Shown here: positions 28,949 to 38,152 of the stretch, in pieces
Position numbering within the stretch: the first letter of the stretch is position 1
How the letters are laid out: each line of letters begins with the position of its first letter
NCBI GenBank assembly: GCA_965237475.1
Contig: OZ250140.1
Location: 2,597,877-2,661,876, forward strand
Origin: Dehalococcoidia bacterium
Lineage (GTDB): Bacteria; Chloroflexota; Dehalococcoidia; Bin125
Reading direction: 5' to 3'
Length of the DNA stretch: 64,000 bases
Notes under the pieces: model-generated
Database searches by the model: none
Told to the model about the DNA's origin: nothing
What the model saw: the letters and a program-made list of their open reading frames with translations, nothing else
Position numbers and translations under genes: made by a program

Positions 28949-30268
28949 ATGGCGGGACCGCTTGATGGCGTTCGGGTGCTTGAACTTGGGCAGATCATTG
29001 CGGGGCCGTATGCGGCCACTGCGCTGGCCGACCTTGGCGCCGAGGTGGTCAAGCTGGAGCCGCCGGGGGGCGAGGGCGGGCGCCGGCTGGGGCAGTTCGC
29101 GCCCGGCGAGAGCAAGGCCTTCCACAGCCTGAGCCGCGGCAAGCGCGGGATCGTCGTGGACCTGCGCAAGCCGCGCGGACGCGAGGTCGTCCAGCGCCTG
29201 ATTGCCGATTTCGATGTCTTCGTGACGAACGCGCGGCCCGGCGTGCCGGAACGGATCGGCGTCGACTACGAGACGTTGCGGGGCTACCGCTCCGACCTGA
29301 TCTACCTGCACATCACCGGCTTCGGGGACCCCAACCAGGTCCCGGCGGGGGCGCTCGACGCGCGGCGGCTGCAGGAGATCACGCAGCGCGCGGGCTCGGA
29401 CGTGATCGTGCAGGCGTACTCCGGCCTGCTGGCGGCCGACGAGAAGGTCGACCGGCACGGCGCGCCAGAGCCAATCACTGCGACGGCCCCAGCCGACTGG
29501 GTGGCGGCGTTCGGGGGCGCGATGGGGGTGTGCGCGGCGCTCTTTCACCGCCAACGCAGCGGCGAGGGGCAATACCTGACCACCTCGCTGTTGGCCGCGG
29601 CGCTGACGCTGCAGGCGCCCTGGCTCGCCTCGGTGCCGCCGTCGGACGCGTTTCTGGTGCAGCCGCTGCTCGACCGCTTCGCCGAGCTGCGCGACGCGGG
29701 CGCCAGCTACGCCGAGCTGATCGAGGCTCGCCGCGAGGCGCCGCGCCAGACCCGCGCCTTCCGGCTCTACTACGGCGGCTATTCCGTGAGCGATGGCGCG
29801 ATCATCCTCGGCGCGTTGACGCCGGCCAACCGCAACCAGATCAGGCGGGCGCTGGGGATCACCGACGACCCGACCGAGAGCGACGATTTCAACGCGATCG
29901 CGCCCGAGTCGGGCCCGATCGTCGATGGCGTGCGGCGGCAGATCGCCGAGCGGATGCTGAGCGCCACGATGGAAGAATGGATGCAGCGCTTCGACGCCGA
30001 GGGTGCGCCGGCGTCGATCGTGCGCCTGCCCGAGGAGATCAACCTCGACCCCGAGCTCGACGCGATGGGTCTGCTGCGCCCGATCGAGCACGCGCTCAGC
30101 GGCCCCGAGCGCCACGTCGGTCCGCTGGTGAATATGTCGGCCACGCCGACGGGCACGGATCGCCCGTCGCCGCCACTCGACGCGCACACCGACGAAGTGC
30201 TGCGGGAGCACCACTTCAGCGAGGAAGAGATCGCGGCCCTTCGAGGCGAGGGCGCCATCGGTGTCTGA
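28949..30268 (+). CDS. Family III CoA-transferase (CaiB/BaiF family)
   Basis: VLELGQIIAGPYAATALADLGAEVVKLEPPGG N-terminal signature. Confidence 0.75.
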   Translation: MAGPLDGVRVLELGQIIAGPYAATALADLGAEVVKLEPPGGEGGRRLGQFAPGESKAFHSLSRGKRGIVVDLRKPRGREVVQRLIADFDVFVTNARPGVPERIGVDYETLRGYRSDLIYLHITGFGDPNQVPAGALDARRLQEITQRAGSDVIVQAYSGLLAADEKVDRHGAPEPITATAPADWVAAFGGAMGVCAALFHRQRSGEGQYLTTSLLAAALTLQAPWLASVPPSDAFLVQPLLDRFAELRDAGASYAELIEARREAPRQTRAFRLYYGGYSVSDGAIILGALTPANRNQIRRALGITDDPTESDDFNAIAPESGPIVDGVRRQIAERMLSATMEEWMQRFDAEGAPASIVRLPEEINLDPELDAMGLLRPIEHALSGPERHVGPLVNMSATPTGTDRPSPPLDAHTDEVLREHHFSEEEIAALRGEGAIGV

Positions 30269-30274
30269 GGGGGA

Positions 30275-30480
30275 GGCGTGAGCTTGTTCGCGCTGGGGAG
30301 GGTGGGTGCCCTCTGCCCCCTGCCTGCGCAGGGGCAGGCTGCGGCATCTCCCCCCGCAAAGCGGGGGGAGAGGGGATCCGAAGCGGCATCTCCGCTCGCG
30401 GGGCGGGGGGGGATCCGGTGCAGCCTGTGTCGCCCTACGCTGCGTAGACGCGGGGTGCGCAGGCGCGGTGGGCGCTGCTG
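30275..30480. repeat. REP/MITE-like palindromic repeat cluster (family A)
   Basis: ctctgccccctgcctgcgcaggggcaggc ... catctccccccgcaaagcggggggagaggggatccga. Confidence 0.75.
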
Positions 30481-30508
30481 AGGCTCGCGGGGATGAAGGA
30501 GCACGGTC

Positions 30509-31447
30509 ATGCGAGGTGTTGGCGTCATCGAATTCGGCGGTCCGGAGGCTCTGCAGGTCGTTGAGCTACCGGAGGTCCACGCGGGGCCGGGCGAGCTGCG
30601 GCTGCGCGTCCACGCGGCGACCGTCAACCCGACTGACACGTTCGTGCGCGGCGGCGGGCGCGCGGAGGCGCTGCGGAAGGACCCGCCGCCCTACATCCCG
30701 GGCATGGACGCGGCCGGCGTGATCGACGAGATCGGGCCCGACACCGAGACCGGCCTCGCGATCGGCGACGCGGTGATGGCGATGGTGATACCGAGCGGCA
30801 GCCACGGCGCGTACCGCGAGAGCATCGTGCTGTCGGCCGACGCCGTCGCCCGCGCGCCGGCCGGCGCCTCGCACGCCGAGGCCTCGACGTTGCCGATGAA
30901 CGGTCTCACGGCGCGGCTGTCGCTGGATCAGCTGGCGTTGCAGCCGGGCCAGACGATCGCCGTGACGGGTGCGGCGGGCTGCTACGGCGGCTACATGGTC
31001 CAGCTCGCCAAGGCCGATGGTCTGCGCGTGATCGCAGACGCGTCAGCCAGCGACGAACAGTTGGTGCGTGACCTGGGCGCCGACATCGTGGTGCCGCGCG
31101 GCGACGACATCTCCGAGCAGATCAGGAAGGTCGCGCCGGACGGGGTTGACGCGCTGGCCGACGGCGCGGTGCAGAACGAACTCGCGGTTGGCGCGATTCG
31201 CGACGGCGGGCAGTTCGCCAGCGTTCGCGGCTGGCGCGGGAACGGCGAGCGCGAGATCACGTTCCACGTGACGTTGGTCTTCAGCTACGACCATCGCGCC
31301 GACCTGATCGACGAGCTGCGCCGGCAGACCGAGGCCGGGCTGGTGACGATGCGGGTCGCAGCGACGTATCCGCCGGAGGAGGCGGCCGAGACGCATCGCA
31401 GGATGAAGGCGGGCGGCACGCGGGGCCGGTGCGTGATCACGTTCTAG
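30509..31447 (+). CDS. Zn-independent MDR-superfamily oxidoreductase (NADPH:quinone reductase-like)
   Basis: GGPEALQVVELPEVHAGPGELRLRVHAATVNPTD ... TGAAGCYGGYMVQLAK. Confidence 0.65.
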   Translation: MRGVGVIEFGGPEALQVVELPEVHAGPGELRLRVHAATVNPTDTFVRGGGRAEALRKDPPPYIPGMDAAGVIDEIGPDTETGLAIGDAVMAMVIPSGSHGAYRESIVLSADAVARAPAGASHAEASTLPMNGLTARLSLDQLALQPGQTIAVTGAAGCYGGYMVQLAKADGLRVIADASASDEQLVRDLGADIVVPRGDDISEQIRKVAPDGVDALADGAVQNELAVGAIRDGGQFASVRGWRGNGEREITFHVTLVFSYDHRADLIDELRRQTEAGLVTMRVAATYPPEEAAETHRRMKAGGTRGRCVITF

Positions 31448-33900
31448 CGTTCGGCCGTCGGCGGAGGCTCCGTGCGCGCTGAAGCGGCGATGTAATCGAA
31501 GACGTCGGAGATAGTCACTGAGGCATCCGTCAGGGATCTACCAGGGATGGCACGGTATACCTCCCCGCCGTCTGCCTGGGCGAGACAGAGTGTGGAGGTC
31601 TCTGCCAGATCGGCGAGGCAGAATGAAATGCCACCCGGATCCGAGAGGATGATCTCTTGCCATTTGATCTGGTGGTCGGTCGTCGGGATCTGAATGATCA
31701 ACGGTCGCTGTTCCGACCGCAACGCTGGGAATTGATATGTGCCGGGTGGTAGAGCCTCGGCATTGTAGGCAGAAAGAGGAACTTCCACCGGAATGGCCGC
31801 GGGTGGCGGTGTCAGAACGTCGAACGTGGTCGTCACGACGACGTCGCCGAGTTCGGGCTTGATGCCGGGCCGCTGCACGGGCAGCGGGCGGGCGGCGGTG
31901 AGATCGAATGTGAGGACGCTGGCGCCGCCCTCGAAGGCGATCGAAGTAAACGTGTAGGTCGTCCCTACCGGTTGGATCAGCTGTTCATGGGAGGTCGGCG
32001 AGGGCCGCACCTGGGGGCGGCGCTGGAGGTAGAAGCGGGTGTAGCCGGCGGGCAGGGGGGCGGCTGTGACGACGGTGATCTGCTGGCCGCGCTCGACCTG
32101 GTAGCGGCCGTTTGAGTCGGGCTGGATGAGGAGCGAGTCGGGGATGTCCTGGACCTGGGGGTGATCGTCAGGAGCGCCTTTGTAGACTGCGCGGATGCAG
32201 TCGGCAGCCGTCGGCGTCGTGCAGCGGTCCGCCGGCAGCGGCGTGTACGACGCCGTCACCGTTTTGTTGGCGTACATCTCCAGCACGCAGGTTGTGGCCG
32301 TGCCGCTGCAGTCGCCGTCCCAGCGGGCGAAGGTGTGGGTGGCATCGTCCCAGCTCGCCGTCAGCGTGACCGGCTCTCCCTGAACGTGCGTGGTGATACC
32401 GGTGGGTTCGACGCTGCCGCCTTCACCCGCAGTTATGGTCAACTGAGCTCGCGGCTCGAATAGGCTTCGGGCGATCGCGATGAGGCGATCGACATTGCTC
32501 CCGGTAAGGCTCGTGTTCTCTCCCCGGATCTCATACGTGGCGTCGCTCGCGGAGTCGTAGACCCAGACCGTGACCGGGAACAGGTCGTCGTAGCTTGGAC
32601 CGGGCGGGCTATAGATCACCGTCGCTGGCCGCCCGGCGACGACACGTGTCTCGCGGACTCCGCGACCGTTCCGCCAGGATGCCAGTCTGGGCTCACGCCG
32701 GTGTGCGGTGTCGTAGCCGGAGATGGCGACATCGCTTTCGCCGCCCTGATACTTGGCGTTGTAGCCATAGACCGGATCCGAGACGTCGCCGCTGCGCGCC
32801 CAGTCAAGCGTCGCACCCTCAGCTAGCGTCGGGTCCCGCCAGTATGGCAGCCGGCGCGCCTCATCGATGTCGCTCGTGCCGGTCGGCTGCGAGTAGGAAT
32901 ACCCTGCAGGCTCGCGTGTGAGGGGTTCCTCGACTGCACCGGTCCAGTCTTCGGGAACGATCTGGAAGGGACCATGGATCACTGGCGCCGTAAGGCTCGC
33001 CCCGCCGACGTCGGGCAGGTCGCCCCAGGCGAAGCTGGCATCGGCGCTACCCGCGATCGGGCCGCTGCAACCGCTGAACGCATAGGTCATCCACTCAACT
33101 GTCAGCAGCTTGCGCGGCTCTGCACCTTCCGGGTCGGGCTTGACCTCGGTCACGGTATAGCGCACCCAGCAGTCGTCGGCCGTGCGCCATTCGAAAAGGT
33201 CGTCTGCTTCGATCGAATCGAACAGAGTTGCCTGCGATGCTCCGTGCGTGTCGGACTTGTGGATCAGCAGTCCGGTCGTGGCGCCGTCGCGCAGGCCTTC
33301 GTAGGTGCTGACGGCGCTGGTCGTGTCGGCCGGGTCGGAGAGGAAGGCGTAGCTGCCCGCCGTCGCCACTGCGCCCGTCATGTCGTAGCTGGTGTAATGC
33401 AGAGTCGTCGTGTCGACCTGGAACTTAGTCGTCACGACTACATCCCCGAGCTCCGGCTTCTGTCCCGGTCGCGGGAACGGCCGCGGCCGGGCGGCGGTTA
33501 GGTCGAAGCTGAGCAGGGTGGAGCCGCGCTCATCGGTGGTGACGGTGAAGGTGTAGGTCGTGCCGACCGGTGGGATCAGCTGTGCAGCCGAGGTGGGACT
33601 GACGGTGACCTGCAGCGGGCGGCGCTGGAGGAAGAAGCGGGTGTAGTCGGCGGGTAGCTGAGCGGCGGTCACGACGGTGATCTGCTGGCCGCGCTCGACC
33701 TGGTAGCGGCCGTCCGGGTCGGGGGCCAGGAGCATCTCGGCGGGAATGTCCGTAATCTTTGTGTAGTCGTGCGGGGCGCCTTTGTAGACGGCGCGGATGC
33801 AGTCGGCGTCGGTGGGCGTCGCGCAGCGGTCCGCGGGCTGCGCCGTAAGCAACATGATCACGGCGAACCACAGGATGGCAATGAGTCGCGAGTAGGTCAT
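31444..33900 (-). CDS. Secreted protein with two DRC domains and one InlB-B-repeat-like domain (818 aa)
   Basis: Signal peptide MTYSRLIAILWFAVIMLLTAQPADRC; DRC domain at the N-terminus and again after the B-repeat; C-terminal ...DVFDYIAASARTE. Confidence 0.7.
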   Translation of the reverse strand: MTYSRLIAILWFAVIMLLTAQPADRCATPTDADCIRAVYKGAPHDYTKITDIPAEMLLAPDPDGRYQVERGQQITVVTAAQLPADYTRFFLQRRPLQVTVSPTSAAQLIPPVGTTYTFTVTTDERGSTLLSFDLTAARPRPFPRPGQKPELGDVVVTTKFQVDTTTLHYTSYDMTGAVATAGSYAFLSDPADTTSAVSTYEGLRDGATTGLLIHKSDTHGASQATLFDSIEADDLFEWRTADDCWVRYTVTEVKPDPEGAEPRKLLTVEWMTYAFSGCSGPIAGSADASFAWGDLPDVGGASLTAPVIHGPFQIVPEDWTGAVEEPLTREPAGYSYSQPTGTSDIDEARRLPYWRDPTLAEGATLDWARSGDVSDPVYGYNAKYQGGESDVAISGYDTAHRREPRLASWRNGRGVRETRVVAGRPATVIYSPPGPSYDDLFPVTVWVYDSASDATYEIRGENTSLTGSNVDRLIAIARSLFEPRAQLTITAGEGGSVEPTGITTHVQGEPVTLTASWDDATHTFARWDGDCSGTATTCVLEMYANKTVTASYTPLPADRCTTPTAADCIRAVYKGAPDDHPQVQDIPDSLLIQPDSNGRYQVERGQQITVVTAAPLPAGYTRFYLQRRPQVRPSPTSHEQLIQPVGTTYTFTSIAFEGGASVLTFDLTAARPLPVQRPGIKPELGDVVVTTTFDVLTPPPAAIPVEVPLSAYNAEALPPGTYQFPALRSEQRPLIIQIPTTDHQIKWQEIILSDPGGISFCLADLAETSTLCLAQADGGEVYRAIPGRSLTDASVTISDVFDYIAASARTEPPPTAER

Positions 33901-33912
33901 GTGCGCGAGTCC

Positions 33913-35115
33913 TTATTTGACATTCCGGATCGATGCCATGATCTGATCGAACAGGAGATCGGCCTCGGGCGACTTGGCGAAGCGGCCGAACTCCTCGCCG
34001 GTCCCCGGATTGATGTGGAGCGCCGAGCCGGTTCGCGGCTCGTTCAGCGCAATCCCACGGGATGGGAGGTGGGGGCGGGCTGGGTCACGTTCCATCTCGT
34101 ACAAACCGACGAGAACGATCAAGCTGCCGGCAGGTACGTCGATCACGTATCGCACGCCCGGGTAGAGGCGATAGGTTCCTTTCCCGGCCGGCTCGCCAGG
34201 CAGCAGCAGCTGTACGCCATCTGGAGCAGGAACCCCGTGTGGGACCCGCCAGACGAAGTAGACATCCTTGGCCGCGCCGGGATCTGTGACCAGGCCACCG
34301 CAGCTCCCGCCGTAGCGGTTGACGTTCTCGAGGCCGAAGGTGCGCGTGCTCGCCGCCGCCGCGATGCTCGCGACCTTGAAGCGGAACCCGCAATCGAGGC
34401 CGTTCGTGCGATAGTCGAAGCTGTGACCGATCTGCACCGTGTCGTAGAAGTCGGCGCGGGATGCCCCATTCGCGTCCGTCGGGTGAATGCGTAACTCCAC
34501 GCTCACTTGTGCGGAAGAGCCATAGTTGCCGATCGCGCTTGCTGCATCCCCGGCAGTTTTGAGGAAGGCGTAGCTGCCGGGGGTGGCCGGTGCGCCGGTG
34601 ATGTCGAGCGTGTCGTAGCGCAGGGTCGGGACCAGGAAATTGGTCGTGACCACGACATCGCCGAGTTCGGGCTTCTGTCCCGGTCGCGGTAGCGGTCGCG
34701 GTCGAGCCTCCGTGAGGTTGAAGGTGATCAGGTTTGAACCAGCCTCATTTGCGGCCACAGTGAAGGTGTAGGTCGTGCCGACCGGTTGAATGAGCTGCTC
34801 GAATGAGGTCGGACTGACGGTGACCTGCAGCGGTTGGCGCTGGAGGTAGAAGCGGGTGTAGTCGGCGGGCAGCGGGGCGGCGGTGACGACGGTGATCTGC
34901 TGGCCGCGCTCGACCTGGTAGCGGCCGTCGTCGTCGGGCTGGATGAGGAGCGAGTCGGGGATGTCCTGGACCTGGGCGTAGTCGTCCGGGGCGCCTTTGT
35001 AGACGGCGCGGATGCAGTCGGCGTCGGTCGGCGTCGTGCAGCGGTCGGCCGGCAGCGACGTGAAGAACATGATCACAGCGAAGCACACGGTGGCGACGAG
35101 TCGCGAGTAGGTCAT
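33913..35115 (-). CDS. Secreted DRC-domain protein with a conserved ~250-aa C-terminal domain (400 aa)
   Basis: MTYSRLVATVCFAVIMFF...ADRCTTPTDADCIRAVYKGAPDDY; C-terminal ...LFDQIMASIRNVK; 12-bp gap to the downstream paralog. Confidence 0.7.
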   Translation of the reverse strand: MTYSRLVATVCFAVIMFFTSLPADRCTTPTDADCIRAVYKGAPDDYAQVQDIPDSLLIQPDDDGRYQVERGQQITVVTAAPLPADYTRFYLQRQPLQVTVSPTSFEQLIQPVGTTYTFTVAANEAGSNLITFNLTEARPRPLPRPGQKPELGDVVVTTNFLVPTLRYDTLDITGAPATPGSYAFLKTAGDAASAIGNYGSSAQVSVELRIHPTDANGASRADFYDTVQIGHSFDYRTNGLDCGFRFKVASIAAAASTRTFGLENVNRYGGSCGGLVTDPGAAKDVYFVWRVPHGVPAPDGVQLLLPGEPAGKGTYRLYPGVRYVIDVPAGSLIVLVGLYEMERDPARPHLPSRGIALNEPRTGSALHINPGTGEEFGRFAKSPEADLLFDQIMASIRNVK

Positions 35116-35128
35116 CGTTGTTGAGTGT

Positions 35129-36430
35129 CTAGTTCACCGTGCGGATCGACGCCATGATCTGATCGAACAAGGCTCCCGCTGCGGACGACGTGATGTAGCG
35201 GTAAACCTCTGTGCAGGCGTCCGGATCGATGTGCAGCGACGAGTCGTTCGCCTCGTTGAGGAGAACGGCGGTTGCATGCGGAAGGTCGGGGTTGTCAGGG
35301 TCTGGTTCTGACTCGGCGATCGAGCCATAAACGATCACACTGCCGGCGGGTACGGCGATGGTGCACGGCACTCCATCGTCGATGCGGTATGTTCCCTCGC
35401 CGACCGGCTCGCCGTAGAGCAGGACCCGGACGCCCCCCGGAGCCTCGAGTCCAGGGCGGACCCGCCACGCGAAGTCCACTGGCTTTGCCGCGCCAGGATC
35501 ATCAACGAATTCACCGCACGACCCGCCGTAGTCGGCTACGTCTGCAATGCCGAACGTTCTGGGACTCGCCGCCTCGCCGACGCTGGTCACCTTGAAGCGG
35601 AACCCGCAACGGAGACCATTCGTCCGGTAGTCAAAGACGTCACCGACCTGCACCGTGTCGAAGAAGGCCGCGCGCGATGTCCCGCTCGCGTCCGTTAGGT
35701 GGACGCGCAGTTCGACGCTTCCGTAGGCGGATGCACTGAAGTTGCCAATGGCGCTTGCTGCATCCCCGGCCGTCTTGAGGAATGCGTAGCTGCCGGGGGT
35801 GGCCGCGGCGCCGGTGATGTCGAGCGTGTCGTAGCGGAACTTCGTGGTCTCGATATAGAAGACCGCGCTGACGACCGTATCCCCGAGTTGCGGCTTCAGA
35901 CCGGGCTGTGGCGGCGGCTTGGCTGCCGTCAGGTCGAACGCGATCAGAATGGAGCCCTCGAAGTCGGTGGTGAGCGTGAACGTGTAGGTCGTACCCAGCG
36001 GCGGGATCAGCCGCATGTCCGTTGTCGGTGGGCGGCCCGTCACCGGACGGACTTGCAGGTCGAAGCGGGTGTAGCCGGCGGGCAGCGGGGCGGCCGTCAC
36101 GACGGTGATCTGCTGGCCGCGCTCGACCTGGTAGCGGCCGTCGTCGCCGGGCTGGATGAGGAGCGAGTCGGGGATGTCCGGGACCTGGGTGTAGTCGTCC
36201 GGGGCGCCGCGGTAGACGGCGCGGATGCAAGTGGGGTCGGTCGGTGTCGTGCAACGGTCCGGCGGCATCGGGGTGACCGGGGTGTCCGCCGCATCGCGGG
36301 CCGAGTCCTGCGAAGTCTGCTGCGCTACGGAGGTGGGCTGCGGGGCGGCGTTGGAGGTCAGGAGGATCGTGGCCGCCACGGCGGCGGCCAGCACGAACGT
36401 GGCGGCGAGGGCTGCGTAGCGCATCGGCAT
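35129..36430 (-). CDS. Secreted DRC-domain protein, paralog (433 aa)
   Basis: Signal anchor MRYAALAATFVLAAAVAATILL; DRC domain; C-terminal ...LFDQIMASIRTVN. Confidence 0.7.
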   Translation of the reverse strand: MPMRYAALAATFVLAAAVAATILLTSNAAPQPTSVAQQTSQDSARDAADTPVTPMPPDRCTTPTDPTCIRAVYRGAPDDYTQVPDIPDSLLIQPGDDGRYQVERGQQITVVTAAPLPAGYTRFDLQVRPVTGRPPTTDMRLIPPLGTTYTFTLTTDFEGSILIAFDLTAAKPPPQPGLKPQLGDTVVSAVFYIETTKFRYDTLDITGAAATPGSYAFLKTAGDAASAIGNFSASAYGSVELRVHLTDASGTSRAAFFDTVQVGDVFDYRTNGLRCGFRFKVTSVGEAASPRTFGIADVADYGGSCGEFVDDPGAAKPVDFAWRVRPGLEAPGGVRVLLYGEPVGEGTYRIDDGVPCTIAVPAGSVIVYGSIAESEPDPDNPDLPHATAVLLNEANDSSLHIDPDACTEVYRYITSSAAGALFDQIMASIRTVN

Positions 36431-36448
36431 CAGGGTCTCCTCACCGCG

Positions 36449-36613
36449 ACGGTTCAGCCTGCGGCGGGACGCGACGGGCGGCGACTGTTGCGGTCACCTG
36501 GTCGGCCTCGACGGTTGTGGGGCCTGGCATGCCGAGCGGGGTCAGCGCCGTAATCAGCATGACTACCACGAAGCACAAGACGGCGACGGATCGGGAGTAG
36601 GTCATGGTGAGTG
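36449..36613 (-). pseudogene. 54-aa N-terminal (signal-peptide) fragment of a further DRC-family paralog
   Basis: Translation MTYSRSVAVLCFVVVMLITALTPLGMPGPTT... matches the MTYSRLVATVCFAVIMFF N-termini and then terminates. Confidence 0.5.
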
Positions 36614-36614
36614 C

Positions 36615-37919
36615 TTACTGCCGACGGATCGATGCGATGAGCTGTTCGAACAGTGTGCTCGGATGCGTCCCGATGATGTAGATTTGGCCCGTATGCCCGT
36701 TCGAGGGATCGATGTGGATCACGGAGCCCGTATCGACGTCTTCCAGCACCAGGGTGCTCGTTGGTTGGTCAGGCCGGTTTACGTCCGGTTCGTTGATAGC
36801 GACCCCGTGGTATATGATTCTCATGCCAGCAGGAACGTCGATCACCCACCGCCAGTATGTGTCAATTCGATAGGTTCCCTGACCGACAGGCTCGCCGTTG
36901 AGCAACACGCGCACTCCGTCTGCACCAAGGACGCCAGGCCGCACGCGCCAGATGAACTCGACCGGCTTAGCGGCGCCGGGGTCGTCGATGAAGCTGCCAC
37001 ACCCCCCGCCGTAAGAGCCTGCGTCTTCAATGCCGAACGTCCTCGGACCCGTCGTTGTCCCGATGCTCGTTACGTTGAAGCGGAACCCGCAATCGAAGCC
37101 GTTCGTCCGGTAGTCGAACGCGTCACCGACTTGGACGATGTCGTAGAAGTCCGCGCGCGAGGCCCCGCCCGCATCGGTTGGGTGGACGCGCAACTCGACG
37201 CTTCGGAGGGCGGAAACGCTGAAGTTGCCGATCGCGGTCGATGCGTCGCCGGCGGTCTTGAGGAAGGCGTAGCTGCCGGGGGTGGCCGCGGCGCCGGTGA
37301 TGTCGAGCGTGTCGTAGCGCAGGGTCGGGACCAGGAACTCGGTCGTGACCACAACATCGCCGAGTTCGGGCTTCTGTCCCGGTCGCGGTAGCGGGCGCGG
37401 TCGAGCCTCCGTCAGGTTGAAGGTGATCAGGTTTGAACCAGCCTCATTTGCGGCCACAGTGAAGGTGTAGGTCGTGCCGACCGGTTGAATGAGCTGCTCG
37501 AATGAGGTCGGACTAACGGTGACCTGCAGCGGTTGGCGCTGGAGGTAGAAGCGGGTGTAGTCGGCGGGCAGCGGGGCGGCGGTGACGACGGTGATCTGCT
37601 GGCCGCGCTCGACCTGGTAGCGGCCGTCGTCGTCGGGCTGGATGAGGAGCGAGTCGGGGATGTCCTGGACCTGGGCGTAGTCGCCTGGGGCGCCTTTGTA
37701 GACGGCGAGGACGCAAGTGGGGTCGGTCGGTGTCGTGCAGCGGTCCGGCGGCTGCGGCTTGGCCGGAGTGGCGGGCGCGTCGCGGGACGAGTCCTGCGAA
37801 GTCTGCTGCGCTACGGAGGCGGGCTGCGGGGCGGCATCGGAGGTCAGGAGGATCGTGGCCGCCACGGCGGCGGCGAGCACGAACGTGGCGGCGAGGGCTG
37901 CGTAGCGCATCCGCATCAA
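36615..37919 (-). CDS. Secreted DRC-domain protein, paralog (434 aa)
   Basis: MRYAALAATFVLAAAVAATILL; DRC domain; C-terminal ...LFEQLIASIRRQ. Confidence 0.7.
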   Translation of the reverse strand: MMRMRYAALAATFVLAAAVAATILLTSDAAPQPASVAQQTSQDSSRDAPATPAKPQPPDRCTTPTDPTCVLAVYKGAPGDYAQVQDIPDSLLIQPDDDGRYQVERGQQITVVTAAPLPADYTRFYLQRQPLQVTVSPTSFEQLIQPVGTTYTFTVAANEAGSNLITFNLTEARPRPLPRPGQKPELGDVVVTTEFLVPTLRYDTLDITGAAATPGSYAFLKTAGDASTAIGNFSVSALRSVELRVHPTDAGGASRADFYDIVQVGDAFDYRTNGFDCGFRFNVTSIGTTTGPRTFGIEDAGSYGGGCGSFIDDPGAAKPVEFIWRVRPGVLGADGVRVLLNGEPVGQGTYRIDTYWRWVIDVPAGMRIIYHGVAINEPDVNRPDQPTSTLVLEDVDTGSVIHIDPSNGHTGQIYIIGTHPSTLFEQLIASIRRQ

Positions 37920-38152
37920 GGTCTCCTCGCCGCGGCGGTTCCACGCTGTGGGCAGACGCGAGGGGCGGCGGCTGTTTCGGTCATGCGCCCGCCCCGGACG
38001 CCGGGGGCGGGTGGTTCCAGCCGCTCGGCGCTGGCCGCTGTCGCGTCGTTACGACGCTATCGAAGGGGCCGTGGTTCCGCGGGCGCCGCGAACTCGGCGT
38101 TTGGCTGGCGGCATCGCTCAGTTTCGGCGCCGCGCTAGCCTGCTGCTGAGCG

